Shown: positions 1-10,138, numbered from the stretch's first letter. The stretch is 53,500 nt of DNA from Thermoproteota archaeon (GCA_029258835.1 JAPDJY010000033.1:1-53500), one strand, 5' to 3'. The notes: generated by a model from the letters alone, not told the origin. Numbers and translations are program-made.

Positions 1-2693
1 TTCTCTATTCCATGTCTTTTCAGTATCCAGAAATAACTGAATTCCTCTTTGCCAAGCCCTGACTTATTTTGCTCTTCTTCTGCTTTTGCTATATCCTCTG
101 CTATTTTTGTTAATTCCTCTAAGGCGGATTCTACACTTCTTTGCCTCTCTCTTAGTTGCGAAATAATCTCCTCAACTTTTTCGGCTATCGAAACTAAATA
201 GGGACTTTCCTTTCTTCTGTTTTCAATGTGTATTTTTATACTTCTATAAAGACTTGCAACTTTTACCCTTTGAGTAACTTTGTCCGCTTTAATAGTGCTA
301 GCTATATCCTCATTTATTTCATAAAGCGGAAGATTATCCGCTATATGCAAAAGCTCAACATTTTCTTTTATTAGATCTTCGGTCTTCTTAAGAATATCCC
401 TTCTTATTTTTCTTCTCTCCGCCTCTGGATTATAAGTCTGATAAATTATCTCATAAATCTGCACCAACAGTTTATATCTCTCAATATAATCTCTCAAGAA
501 TTCATCTGGGGATAAAATTTCATATATCTCCTGAATCTGCTTGAAGATTTTTGTATATTCCTTTCTCTTTTCTTCGTCAAAGAAATAATCAATTATATTC
601 TGGATTCTTTTCTCCTCATCTTCTAAATCAATCTCTTTTAAGATCTCATCAGATTTCTGCATTAGGTCTTTAAACCTCTCTTTGAGTTTTTCATAGTCGA
701 TAAGACCCGCTTCCACATCTCTTGAATAAAATGCTAAAGCCCTCTGTAGATTCTCAAAGATTCCTATATAATCCATAACTAATCCGCATGTTTTTCCTGC
801 GTAAGGCCTGTTTATCCTTGCTATTGCTTGAAGCAAAGTATGATCTTTCAATGGCTTATCGAGATACATCACATAGAGGATAGGAGCATCGTAACCGGTA
901 AGAAGTTTTTCGGTAACAATAAGAATCTTAGGAAGTTTTTCAGGCGATTTAAAGTCTTTTCTGATTCTCTTCTCTTCCTCATCAGAAATGTGGTATTTTT
1001 TGAGCAGTTCGCTATCTTTATAATTTCGTGTATATACAACTTTTGTGTAATCTGGCGGTAAATACTTGTCAATTGCCTCTTTGTAAAGTGCACATGCCTC
1101 CCTATCAACTGCAACTATGAAAGCCTTGAATCCAAGAGGTTCTATAAATTTCGTATAGTGCTCAGCTATATGTTTAGCTATGTTATCAATTCTATCCTTT
1201 GCCTTTAGCACAGCCTTTAGTTTTTGTGCTTTCTCTATGATCTTATTTATTCCTTCTATACTTGCTATTCCCTCCTCTTCAACAACCCTGAAAAATTCCT
1301 CCTCAAGCATTTCCTTATCAACATGAAGTTCCGTTTTTGCAAGCGTGTAATATAATGGGACTGTTGTCCCTTCCTCTATGGATTCATCTATTGTATACTT
1401 GTCAAGATAAGGTTCGTCCGGTGGATAACCAAAGGCTAAGAATGTGCCCCTTCCAACTTTTGTTTTGTCTACGGGTGTGCCTGTAAATCCGAAGTAAAAA
1501 GCATTAGGCAATGCTCCACGCATGTAATTACCTAAATCACCCTCCTGACTTCTATGTGCCTCATCTATCAGCAAAATAATATTTTCTCTCGTGTTTACGT
1601 GCTTTGGCATTCCTTCAAATTTGTGAATAGTTGTTATAATGAGACCTCTATAATCACTTTTAAGCAACTCTCTTAAGTGATTTTTACTTTCAGCTCTAAC
1701 AATATTTGGATAACCATAAGCCTGAAAATTCTGATAGATCTGATGCTCCAGTTCAATCCTATCAACCACAACAATGATTGTAGGGTTCTCAAGTTCTGGG
1801 ATCTTCCTTAACTCATCCGCTGAAACTATCATTGTAAGGCTTTTGTAAGCCCCTTGAGTATGCCATATTAAGCCTTTCTTTTTCTTTTCCTCTAATACCC
1901 TTCTTATGATTTTTACAATTGCCCTTCTCTGATGCTGTTTCAAGATATATTTCTGGAGTTCTTCGTCGATGGTCATAAAAACAATGTATGAGCGTAGAGT
2001 TTCAATAACTTCCCTTTTGTTAAAAAATGATTTTACAATTTTCTCAAAATTAAAACCGTTTTCAACTTTCCATCTATAAAATGTTTTACTTTCATATTTC
2101 CATGTAGGACCATAAAAAAGCCTTATTCCTTCTGAAACAGCATAAAACTGAATATATTTGAAAAGTTCAGGCAAGACGTTGTTGTATATTCTCACCTGCT
2201 CAAAAGCTTCCTCCTCAGCCTCCCAGACTGTTGGGCTTTTAAGCTCAAAATCACAGATAGGTATGCCGTTTATGAAAAGAACAATATCAAGCCTTCTTTT
2301 TTCCCTATCCTCAAACCAAAACTCCATTGTAAAGGCAAAATGATTGTTCTCAGGGTTCTCAAAGTCAATCAATTTGAAATTTCTCTCCCTTTTCTCTTTT
2401 TCAACATAAACGGTTTTTCTTCCCCTTATATACTCCAAAAATTCCTGATTACCTGTAAATGTGGAAGGTATAAGCCTTAATCTCCTTATCACATCTCCGA
2501 CATTTTCATCTGTTATTATTCCTAGATTAAGTTCTTTGAGCTTTCTTTCAAGAATTTCAAGAATAAAAGGTTCTCTAATATCAAAACCTCTCTTCTCCTG
2601 CAAGTCAGCAGGCGGAATATACTCCCAACCTATCGCCTGAAGGTAATTTATAACCCTATTCTGAACATCCCTTTTCTCAGTTATGAGTCTCAT
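1..2693 (-). CDS. hsdR: Type I restriction enzyme R subunit (3' end runs off the window)
   Basis: Manual translation from ATG at 2693: MRLITEKRDVQNRVINYLQAIGWEY... Nuclease motif DIVLFINGIPICDFELK, Walker A WHTQGAYKS, DEAH box LIDEAHRSQEG, and FGFTGTP. Lies downstream of hsdS/hsdM. Missing from the ORF track because there is no stop in the window. Confidence 0.95.
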   Translation of the reverse strand, partial: MRLITEKRDVQNRVINYLQAIGWEYIPPADLQEKRGFDIREPFILEILERKLKELNLGIITDENVGDVIRRLRLIPSTFTGNQEFLEYIRGRKTVYVEKEKRERNFKLIDFENPENNHFAFTMEFWFEDREKRRLDIVLFINGIPICDFELKSPTVWEAEEEAFEQVRIYNNVLPELFKYIQFYAVSEGIRLFYGPTWKYESKTFYRWKVENGFNFEKIVKSFFNKREVIETLRSYIVFMTIDEELQKYILKQHQRRAIVKIIRRVLEEKKKKGLIWHTQGAYKSLTMIVSADELRKIPELENPTIIVVVDRIELEHQIYQNFQAYGYPNIVRAESKNHLRELLKSDYRGLIITTIHKFEGMPKHVNTRENIILLIDEAHRSQEGDLGNYMRGALPNAFYFGFTGTPVDKTKVGRGTFLAFGYPPDEPYLDKYTIDESIEEGTTVPLYYTLAKTELHVDKEMLEEEFFRVVEEEGIASIEGINKIIEKAQKLKAVLKAKDRIDNIAKHIAEHYTKFIEPLGFKAFIVAVDREACALYKEAIDKYLPPDYTKVVYTRNYKDSELLKKYHISDEEEKRIRKDFKSPEKLPKILIVTEKLLTGYDAPILYVMYLDKPLKDHTLLQAIARINRPYAGKTCGLVMDYIGIFENLQRALAFYSRDVEAGLIDYEKLKERFKDLMQKSDEILKEIDLEDEEKRIQNIIDYFFDEEKRKEYTKIFKQIQEIYEILSPDEFLRDYIERYKLLVQIYEIIYQTYNPEAERRKIRRDILKKTEDLIKENVELLHIADNLPLYEINEDIASTIKADKVTQRVKVASLYRSIKIHIENRRKESPYLVSIAEKVEEIISQLRERQRSVESALEELTKIAEDIAKAEEEQNKSGLGKEEFSYFWILKRHGIE

Positions 2694-2699
2694 ATCTCC

Positions 2700-3056
2700 C
2701 ATCCTCTTCCTTTCAATTATTATCCTTTTTAAGTTTTTCTTTCAGAGCTGGAATGTCAACGGTTATTATGTCTCAAAAAATTATGCCTAAAATCTACACC
2801 AAACTTATCTTATCTCTTGTTCTTACAATTCCACACCATTCAACATCCTGATATTTATTCTTCAGGACACCCGAGATATTTTTTAGATGCTTCTCCAAGA
2901 ATCTCTACATTCCTTACCACAACATCCACAACCAAATCATTCTTATAAAAAATTATCGTAAAATAAATCATTTGTACATTTCAGCATCTTTTCACATATA
3001 AAGTCACATGCAATAAGCATGTCCATCACGAGCTCTTTATCTCCTTACTTAGGCAT
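2700..3056 (-). pseudogene. Degraded HepT/DUF86 HEPN toxin
   Basis: Fragments VVRNVEILGEASK, KYQDVEW and RTRDKI, interrupted by stops and frameshifts. Follows an MNT remnant. Confidence 0.75.
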
Positions 3057-3317
3057 ATTCAATTCCCTCTTTATTTCCTCTTTCACATGCTTTTATTCTT
3101 ATGGACCAACACCATCCGGGACTAAAGGGCCATTTCTTTGCCAAAAACCTCCTTAAGAAATCCAACAAGATCCGCAACATTTTTTAAATGTGGTTTACCT
3201 CTCTTGAGTTATGTAACAATATCGATGTCGCTCTCTCCCCTGCTTCACCTCTTACAAAAGAGCCAAAAAATCCCCCATTATTCTTTTCTTTTAACCCTTA
3301 ACCTTTTTTGCCATCAT
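3049..3317 (-). pseudogene. Degraded MNT (minimal nucleotidyltransferase) antitoxin
   Basis: ATG overlaps the hsdS stop (ATGA). Remnant GFFGSFVRGEA..ESDIDIV with frameshifts and stops. Confidence 0.75.
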
Positions 3318-4555
3318 ACCTCCACCTCTTTAAGCCTTATCTCTCCACTCATCAATTTATGAAGCATTGTTTTAAATAACTCCTTCAAACTCTGCTTTCT
3401 TTTCTGCTCAACCTCTATTTTCTTATCTACAACGCTTAAAATGTGAGCGGTTTGCTTTTGTTCTTCAAGAGGGGGAAGGGGGATTAACAAATTCTCTAAG
3501 GCATTACGAGGGAGTCTTTTTCTTCCAGTTGTTCCTTCCATTTTTGAAGTCAGATCACTTCTTATCCTTGGAAGCCTTAAGTATTCAAAAATATATTCTC
3601 TAATTATGTCTTCATCCTTAGGATGAAATGCAAAAACTTCAGTAGTTGCATACCCAAACTCCATAGGCAAATTTGTTAAAAGAGCTTGCTTTCCATTTTC
3701 AAATGAAGGAGTTATTTTAGCTACAATGATGTCATCTTTGAAAACAAAAGTCCCACTTGATATTTCTGAATATTTTTTCATCAACCACCCTGCATATTTA
3801 CCCGAATCTGGTATTAGCTCCATAGGAATAAAGGGAATCTCATCATTTTCTTTTATTCTTAAGTTTCTCGGTTTTCTACTAAATTCGACAACCCTCTCTA
3901 ATCTCACCACTTTCCAGCTCTTCGGGATTAATCCTATTTCCGTTTCCTTCTGCTCCTCGCCACAAAGCCCTTCTGTGAATAGCTTTTGCATGAGCGATTT
4001 TTTGAGGTTTTTAGCCTGCTCTATGATTCTGTCCTGAATTTCAATGGCTTTTTGAATTGTGTCAAGAACCTTGGCAATTTTGCGTTGCTCGGGAAGAGGG
4101 GGAAGGGGGATTTTCTTCTCTTTTAATAATGGAAAATGTCTGTTGTAACCTCGGCTTGGTATATTCAAAGTAAGAAAAGCAAAGAATAAAAATTTAGGAT
4201 CAAATAACTCTTTATTTGGGATAAGCACTTTCACGCCGTCAGCTCCAACTATGAAGGGAAAATCTACAAACTTAAAGATCCTTGTGTGGTCTCCAAATAT
4301 TATAACAGGTAGAGGGCCCCGGTAAGCTTTTTCATCATCATCACAAAATCCAGCGATGTAATTCTGACTTTGATCTATCACAGGGTATTTTCCAAATGGT
4401 TTATACTCTTGTTGTTTTATCTTTCCAACTCTAATTTTTTTCTTTAAAATAGCTCCTTCAAACCTCACCACTTCCCAATCCTTAGGAATCAAGCCGACTT
4501 CTGTTTGTTTGAAGTTGTTTTCTCCCTCAAATTTTTCAAGTGTTTTCTGTGCCAT
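3314..4555 (-). CDS. hsdS: Type I R-M specificity subunit
   Basis: Two-TRD architecture with repeated conserved blocks (TEVGLIPKDWEVV / TEIGLIPKSWKVV; IPLPPLPEQRKI / IPLPPLEEQKQ) and a C-terminal LMSGEIR. Confidence 0.96.
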   Translation of the reverse strand: MAQKTLEKFEGENNFKQTEVGLIPKDWEVVRFEGAILKKKIRVGKIKQQEYKPFGKYPVIDQSQNYIAGFCDDDEKAYRGPLPVIIFGDHTRIFKFVDFPFIVGADGVKVLIPNKELFDPKFLFFAFLTLNIPSRGYNRHFPLLKEKKIPLPPLPEQRKIAKVLDTIQKAIEIQDRIIEQAKNLKKSLMQKLFTEGLCGEEQKETEIGLIPKSWKVVRLERVVEFSRKPRNLRIKENDEIPFIPMELIPDSGKYAGWLMKKYSEISSGTFVFKDDIIVAKITPSFENGKQALLTNLPMEFGYATTEVFAFHPKDEDIIREYIFEYLRLPRIRSDLTSKMEGTTGRKRLPRNALENLLIPLPPLEEQKQTAHILSVVDKKIEVEQKRKQSLKELFKTMLHKLMSGEIRLKEVEV

Positions 4556-4561
4556 CTTTTC

Positions 4562-5017
4562 TCACCATGGATGTTCTACATAACTTCTCAATTGATTTGC
4601 AGCAAAATAGCACTTATCTGCATGCTTTAAAGCAAGTTCTGCCTCCTCTTTTTCAAACAATTTTTCCGGACCTACTCCAATTTTCTCCAAGCCGTATTTA
4701 GCCACCGTGTAAAAGCTAAGCCAGAATTTTGAATAAAGATAAAGCTTAGGAAAATCTAAATGCTTTAGCTTCTCAGGAATGTCTTCCAAAATTCCCTCAA
4801 ATTCTTCTTCCTTAAACTCGTGCTTTTTTGGATATTGTTTTTGAAGAAGAATGAAAACAGCCTTTACTGATAATTCTATACACTCTTGTGATGCAGATAT
4901 ACTCTCAGGATAATTATAATTTTTTAGATGATGCTTCGCCTCATCTAATTTATTCCACGCTCTTTTAAGGAAACTTCCAGCTATTTCCAAGTTTTTTTCT
5001 TTCATAATCTCCACCAT
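4562..5017 (-). CDS. HEPN domain protein
   Basis: FLKRAWNKLDEAKHHL..NYPESISASQECIELSVKA matches the HEPN (SACS/archaeal) pattern. Confidence 0.8.
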   Translation of the reverse strand: MVEIMKEKNLEIAGSFLKRAWNKLDEAKHHLKNYNYPESISASQECIELSVKAVFILLQKQYPKKHEFKEEEFEGILEDIPEKLKHLDFPKLYLYSKFWLSFYTVAKYGLEKIGVGPEKLFEKEEAELALKHADKCYFAANQLRSYVEHPW

Positions 5018-5304
5018 TCTTGTTCCTCAAGTTTGTCTTTAACAATTTTCAGCCTCGCTAATTTTTCTTTCTTAGAAACTGTGGGAAAAAGTCTGTTTGC
5101 TTCTATATCTTTTTCTACCTCTTCTATTATTGTTTGACACTCTATAACAGTTAAAATACCGTGCTGTATCGCAGATCTTATTTGCCCTATTATGTGATTA
5201 ACTGTAATGCCTCTTTTTCTTCCACCAATAAACTCCTCCAAAAGGCCTTTGATCCTTTTTTGTGTTATTTCTTTTGCAAATTTTCTTTCTTCCATTTTCA
5301 CCAC
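5002..5304 (-). CDS. Hypothetical helical protein inside the hsd operon
   Basis: 100-aa ORF overlapping both the hsdM stop and the HEPN start, with codon style matching its neighbours. Confidence 0.65.
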   Translation of the reverse strand: MVKMEERKFAKEITQKRIKGLLEEFIGGRKRGITVNHIIGQIRSAIQHGILTVIECQTIIEEVEKDIEANRLFPTVSKKEKLARLKIVKDKLEEQEWWRL

Positions 5305-6821
5305 TCAAAACCTATTTTTTCCATTATCTTCTTTAACTCCTTATCAACCTCTTTCCTTTCCTCTTCAACCTTTGCAAGCTCTACCAATATGTCCTCAACT
5401 GGCTGTATTTTTTCTTTTTCATCAACAGAAACATAACGAGATGGACTCAAGTTATAATCGTTCTTTCTTGCCTCCTCTATGGTTATTATCTTTGAAAATC
5501 CTTCGATTTCCTTCCAACCAAAGTATGCGTCAAGAATCTTTTTTATGTTCTCATCTGTGAGATAATTTTTCGGTCTTCCCTTTGCAAACTCCTTTGATGC
5601 GTTTATAAGCAAAATCTCACCTTTATGCTTCTTTGCCTTATTTATTACGATTATATTTCCCTGAGATGGAGTATTATAAAATAAATTGTCTGTAAGCAGA
5701 ATAACAACCTCAATTAAGTCATTTTCCACAAATTTTTTCCTTATCTCCTTTTCTCTATCTGTTCCAGAGCTCCCGCTTCCCCTTGTTATAACTCCTGTAT
5801 CAATAACAACAACAAGCTTCCCGTTATCTTTCAGAGATGCAAACATATGTTGAATCCATCCCCAATCTGAGCTTTGATTTGACGGCGGTATACCAAAACT
5901 AAATCTGTTGTAGGGGTCATTTTCAAAAACATCTTGAGGAAATTTCTGATTCCACATAGGATTTGCAATGACCTTATCAAATTGTTTGACTCTGCTATTT
6001 TCCACAAACTTTGGATTTCTTATTGTATCTCCAACCCTTATATCTGCATCCATGTCATGAATAAAAGCGTTCATCTTTGCCATTGCATAGGTGAACGGGT
6101 TTATTTCCTGGCCATACAGTTTCAGAGGTCTCTTCACCTCTTTTTTCTTCTCTTTCAAAACAAGCTGGGATTTTATAAGTAAGCCACCAGAACCGCATGC
6201 AGGGTCATAGATTTCCTCTCCTTCCTCGGGGTCAAGCAAGTAAGCCATTAATAATCCAACTTCTCTTGGTGTGTAAAACTCGCCTGCAGATTGTCCTGAA
6301 CCTTCAGCAAATTTCCTTAAAAGGTATTCGTATGCTCTGCCCAAAATATCAGGTTCAACATCATTTAAGCCAAGCCTGTATTTGCTGAGAATCTGCATTA
6401 ATCTGTGGATGTGCTCATCGCTTATTATCCTTTGTCCTGCCTGAGTTGCGTTAAAATCAACTATATCAATAACTCCCTGTAATTTTGGGTTTTCTCTGGC
6501 TATTTTCCTCAAGGCTTCTGTTAGTTTCTCGCCTACATCTGTTGTAATTCTTCTAACATTTTTCCATAGGCATTCTTCTGGAATATAAAACCTTATTAAT
6601 CTTCTATCTTTTGCTGCGAGTTTCCTTGCTACTTCTTCGTTTCCAAATTCCTCAGCAAGTTTCTTTATCTCATCTTCATAGACATCGCAGAGTCTTTTAT
6701 AAAATATCAGCGGGATTATGAAGTCCTTATACTTCGGTGCATCTATAGGTCCCCTAATACTGCATGCTGCCTCCCAAAGCCAGTTTTCCAGTGTTGAAAC
6801 ATCAAGCTTTCCAAACCACAT
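5298..6821 (-). CDS. hsdM: Type I R-M methyltransferase subunit
   Basis: LENWLWEAACSIRG, GEFYTPREV, YDPACGSGG (motif I) and ANPMW (motif IV variant). Confidence 0.97.
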   Translation of the reverse strand: MWFGKLDVSTLENWLWEAACSIRGPIDAPKYKDFIIPLIFYKRLCDVYEDEIKKLAEEFGNEEVARKLAAKDRRLIRFYIPEECLWKNVRRITTDVGEKLTEALRKIARENPKLQGVIDIVDFNATQAGQRIISDEHIHRLMQILSKYRLGLNDVEPDILGRAYEYLLRKFAEGSGQSAGEFYTPREVGLLMAYLLDPEEGEEIYDPACGSGGLLIKSQLVLKEKKKEVKRPLKLYGQEINPFTYAMAKMNAFIHDMDADIRVGDTIRNPKFVENSRVKQFDKVIANPMWNQKFPQDVFENDPYNRFSFGIPPSNQSSDWGWIQHMFASLKDNGKLVVVIDTGVITRGSGSSGTDREKEIRKKFVENDLIEVVILLTDNLFYNTPSQGNIIVINKAKKHKGEILLINASKEFAKGRPKNYLTDENIKKILDAYFGWKEIEGFSKIITIEEARKNDYNLSPSRYVSVDEKEKIQPVEDILVELAKVEEERKEVDKELKKIMEKIGFEW

Positions 6822-6870
6822 AGTTACCCTCCCTCTTTTTTATATTTTTAAAGGTAACGGCGGGCATTTC

Positions 6871-6960
6871 ACTTAACATTTTACGGGTATGCGAAGCTCT
6901 GAACATAGCGAAGGATTTGGGTGAACATCCTAAGTGCGAATCACATACTTACTGTTAGAC
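6871..6960. other. attC-like imperfect palindrome
   Basis: ACTTAAC (RYYYAAC) at 6871-6877 and GTTAGAC (GTTRRRY) at 6954-6960. Inner arms GGGTATGCGA / TCACATACTT and AGGAT / ATCCT. Length 90 bp. Confidence 0.5.
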
Positions 6961-7049
6961 GTGGGCAGTAGCCTCGAAGTGAGCGTAAGTGAACGGAAAG
7001 TTGGGCGATGTAGTAACATCATGTCTTTTTCTGCCTTATTTTTTATTGA

Positions 7050-7625
7050 TCAAATTCAAGTAGATATATCTTTGTTTTCTCGGATAAACTTTAATTCAAA
7101 GATCAGATTCTAACTAATGCAAAACACGGTGATAGAAAAATATGAAGAACAAGAGTTCCATTGTTTAAAAAATGTTTTTTGCTACACAATTAACTTAATC
7201 AGGAGTTGTAAGATGAAGTTGTTAACTTCTTTATTTAAGTATAAAAATTTTTTAAGTTAATAGAGTTTATTGGTTTAGAAGAGTTGAAGAATTGAGAGAA
7301 GTTTATAGACAAAGAAGAAAATTCCTCATCTAATTTCAGGAACTCAACATGAAGATTTGAGGAAAATTAGGATTTGATTAAAAAGTCAAGGAGATTGATG
7401 AAAGTTGAAAAACTTTAAATGAAGCTAAAATCAAGGAGATTGTTTTTTTAGCGTGATTAAGGAATATGAACTCATTTATTAACGGAGATGAACATACTTT
7501 AGAAGAAAAAGAAAGAAAAATATGATGGTAAAAATTGTTACGAGTGAAGAGGAAATTATTGAATTAGCGAATTGAGAATGGTTGTTAACAGATAGAAAGA
7601 AGGTAAATGGTTAATGAAGAAGCGA
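7050..7625 (+). pseudogene. Eroded tyrosine recombinase/integrase, C-terminal part
   Basis: Across frameshifts it reads FHCLK..FFATQLT*SGV..DEVVNFFI, resembling the HxLR...LGH box, then RVEELREVY. Many stops. Confidence 0.5.
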
Positions 7626-7627
7626 GC

Positions 7628-8389
7628 TTAATCTAACTTTAATGATAGTGAACCATTTTTTATAATTTTTTCCACTTTTATTATTCCAAGTTTTGTGAGT
7701 TTTATTCCATTTTTGTTAATATGGATAAACTTTTTCTTTTCAAGCCTTTGTAAAGTTGTGTTGAGAAGTTGTGGATACCTCGGTCTTATAGAAGATATAA
7801 TCTCATCTTTCTTAACTCTCTTTGGATAGTTGGTATATAAAAATAACAGAAGTTCATCGGAAAATGGTAAATTTTCTTTTAAAATTAAGATACTTCCATC
7901 CTCGAATTTCTCGACAAATGGTACTTTTCTCTCTATAAATTTATCTAAAACTTCTTTCATCTTGTGTTCGTCAATTTTTTCCATAAAGAGTAAGAGTTGT
8001 GAAAATATCCAATCAGAAGCTTCAATAACGTATTTAGCATCTATAAAATTTGGATCTATCTCCTTAAAATGAGCTACTTTCTTTTTGCTCCTTAAGGTAT
8101 AAATCGACTTTGCAACAATAGGTACCGCTAACGTTAATATTTCGTCTTTTGCATTCTTTTTTTGTAGATTAACTAAGATATTAAACATTTTATCAAACTT
8201 AAATTTTCTAAAATCCATGTTTCGAATGTTGTAGTACATCAAAATAGATTTCAGCACTATTTCAACAAATCTTCCACCAGAGATTATTGTTTTTTCAAAG
8301 TCCGATAAAATAAAGGAGTTCTTAATTTGATTGTACTCTTTCATTAATTCATCTATAAGTGGTATCTTTTGGAGTTTCATCGTGCTCAC
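7628..8389 (-). CDS. HEPN-like (Abi_C-like) protein with C-terminal winged helix
   Basis: Helical N-terminus GGRFVEIVLK, an R-x-H motif in IYTLRSKKKVAH followed by DPNFIDA, and C-terminal LQRLEKKKFI..GIKLTKLGIIKVE (wHTH). Confidence 0.6.
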   Translation of the reverse strand: MSTMKLQKIPLIDELMKEYNQIKNSFILSDFEKTIISGGRFVEIVLKSILMYYNIRNMDFRKFKFDKMFNILVNLQKKNAKDEILTLAVPIVAKSIYTLRSKKKVAHFKEIDPNFIDAKYVIEASDWIFSQLLLFMEKIDEHKMKEVLDKFIERKVPFVEKFEDGSILILKENLPFSDELLLFLYTNYPKRVKKDEIISSIRPRYPQLLNTTLQRLEKKKFIHINKNGIKLTKLGIIKVEKIIKNGSLSLKLD

Positions 8390-8958
8390 TTAAATTTGAT
8401 TTTCTCAATCTGTTCTTCTAGTAATTTCTTCGCTTCATCAATGCCTTGTGGTAAAATATCTACGAATAAATATTCACCTTCTTTCCAAATTTTGATGTAT
8501 CTTTTATATTTTTGGTTGGACAAATCTCTCTTTAATCGGGAAACATCGACCCAGTCCCTTATCTTTTTGGATAATTCCTTTAATTGAATAGGAGTTTTTT
8601 TATAAATTGTCTTAAGTGGTAATAAAAGTATTAACGAAGCTTTTAACTGCTTTCCTTTTCCTTCTAACTCTAGGTAATTAATATCTATATCATCTTCGCT
8701 AAAATTATAAACATACTGTAAATCTTCAAGAGAGAAACCTAGCAATTTTTCTATTTTTTCCTTTAGTTCCGACGCATCTTTCTTAGTGTAATGAATCTTT
8801 TCTTCAACAATTAAACGAGAATATAATTTTTCAAAGTTTTCTTTAACAAATTTTTCATTTCCTTTTACCTCAATTTCAACTTCACCAATTTTTATTTTTA
8901 TAGAGCATACAGAGTTTTCATTGTTTTCTATCATTTTTTTCACCATATTTGCTTTCAA
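8386..8958 (-). CDS. Hypothetical protein, possible C-terminal wHTH
   Basis: 190-aa ORF. N-terminal IKIKIGEVEIEVKGNEKFVKE motif and C-terminal ILPQGIDEAKKLL. Overlaps both neighbours. Confidence 0.7.
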   Translation of the reverse strand: MKANMVKKMIENNENSVCSIKIKIGEVEIEVKGNEKFVKENFEKLYSRLIVEEKIHYTKKDASELKEKIEKLLGFSLEDLQYVYNFSEDDIDINYLELEGKGKQLKASLILLLPLKTIYKKTPIQLKELSKKIRDWVDVSRLKRDLSNQKYKRYIKIWKEGEYLFVDILPQGIDEAKKLLEEQIEKIKFK

Positions 8959-9358
8959 GTTCTTTCAGAATTTTTTCGATTTTTGTTGGAATCACACGGT
9001 AAGTTCCTTTTTTTTCACGTATCGAAAGTTTTTCATCTTTAATTTCTTTTAGCCTAGCCGAAACTTGCATTTTATCTACCATAAAGAAATATGAGAGCTC
9101 TTGTGCAGAGAGCGATGGATTTATAGATTTATCCAGTTTGTTAGCAATAAACCTTGCTACTAATGTTAATTTGATCTTGTCTTTTAAAGAAAATTTCTCT
9201 CCAAGCTCTGTAAGGTCAATCTCGCCGGTTTTCGTGATTTTACAATACTTCATAAGGCGCTTTACATACTGCGCTATTTTTTTCTCATCAAAAGCTTTTT
9301 CATCGATTATCCATTTATTCTTTAGTTCTTCAAGATTCTCCATTCTCATAATCACCAA
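8918..9358 (-). CDS. Hypothetical wHTH protein
   Basis: LSAQELSYFFMVDKMQVSARLKEIKDEKLSIREKKGTYRV is a helix-turn-helix plus wing pattern. Confidence 0.7.
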   Translation of the reverse strand: MVIMRMENLEELKNKWIIDEKAFDEKKIAQYVKRLMKYCKITKTGEIDLTELGEKFSLKDKIKLTLVARFIANKLDKSINPSLSAQELSYFFMVDKMQVSARLKEIKDEKLSIREKKGTYRVIPTKIEKILKELESKYGEKNDRKQ

Positions 9359-9468
9359 CCTGTATTTTGTATATTGTATAATGTAAATTTAACCTTTATA
9401 AATTTTTCTGGTAGCTTATATTATGATAGGTAATTTACTAAAAATAAATTTGTATAAGATTTGTGTTA

Positions 9469-10008
9469 TTATGTAAATTGTTTTTTGATTTCTTCTTCTT
9501 GGAATATGCTTTCCATTATTTCATTTACTAGTGCTTCGCTGTGAAATCGGAGCATGTAATCTGGTGGTATGAGTTCAACATCTACAACACTTAGTGGGTT
9601 TATGCTGCCAATGTAAACTACTTCTCCGTCTATGATTACACTTTTAAAGTGGAGGCGACGTACTTCTATGACTTCCATTCCTGCTTCCTTAAGTTTTTCG
9701 ATACATTTTACATGATTTTGGTCTTTAACTTGATCAGCTGGTCTAACGGCGACTATGAATCTTACTCCTTTTTCAATGGATTGTTTAACTTCACGCCAGC
9801 TGAGAAAATTTTTAACTCTGGTGTAAGTAAGATACGGCGAGAAGATTAGGACATATTCTTGGGAATTATTTATGTCTTCACTTAAAGAAGCATCAAAGTG
9901 CTTTGAGTCGAGGAACTTAGTAGTAGCCTTAAATACTTGTTCTTTTAACCTCTTCAAAATGGGGCCTTTTTTAAACCTATCTTCGATGATTTTTTTAAAT
10001 AGTGACAT
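9469..10008 (-). CDS. Phospholipase D-like (single HKD) nuclease-family protein
   Basis: IFSPYL motif and HFKSVIIDGEVVYIGSIN (HxK x4 D x6 GSxN). Confidence 0.85.
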   Translation of the reverse strand: MSLFKKIIEDRFKKGPILKRLKEQVFKATTKFLDSKHFDASLSEDINNSQEYVLIFSPYLTYTRVKNFLSWREVKQSIEKGVRFIVAVRPADQVKDQNHVKCIEKLKEAGMEVIEVRRLHFKSVIIDGEVVYIGSINPLSVVDVELIPPDYMLRFHSEALVNEIMESIFQEEEIKKQFT

Positions 10009-10138
10009 AAATAATACCCCACGATTTTTTTACAAAATTTTTCGTTGTTGATTATTTATTTTCCTAACTTTGATTTATAAGTATTTTCGTATTTTAAAAA
10101 TTTTTTCTTAAGCTGTCAGCCTAAAAGATTTTCCTCGA

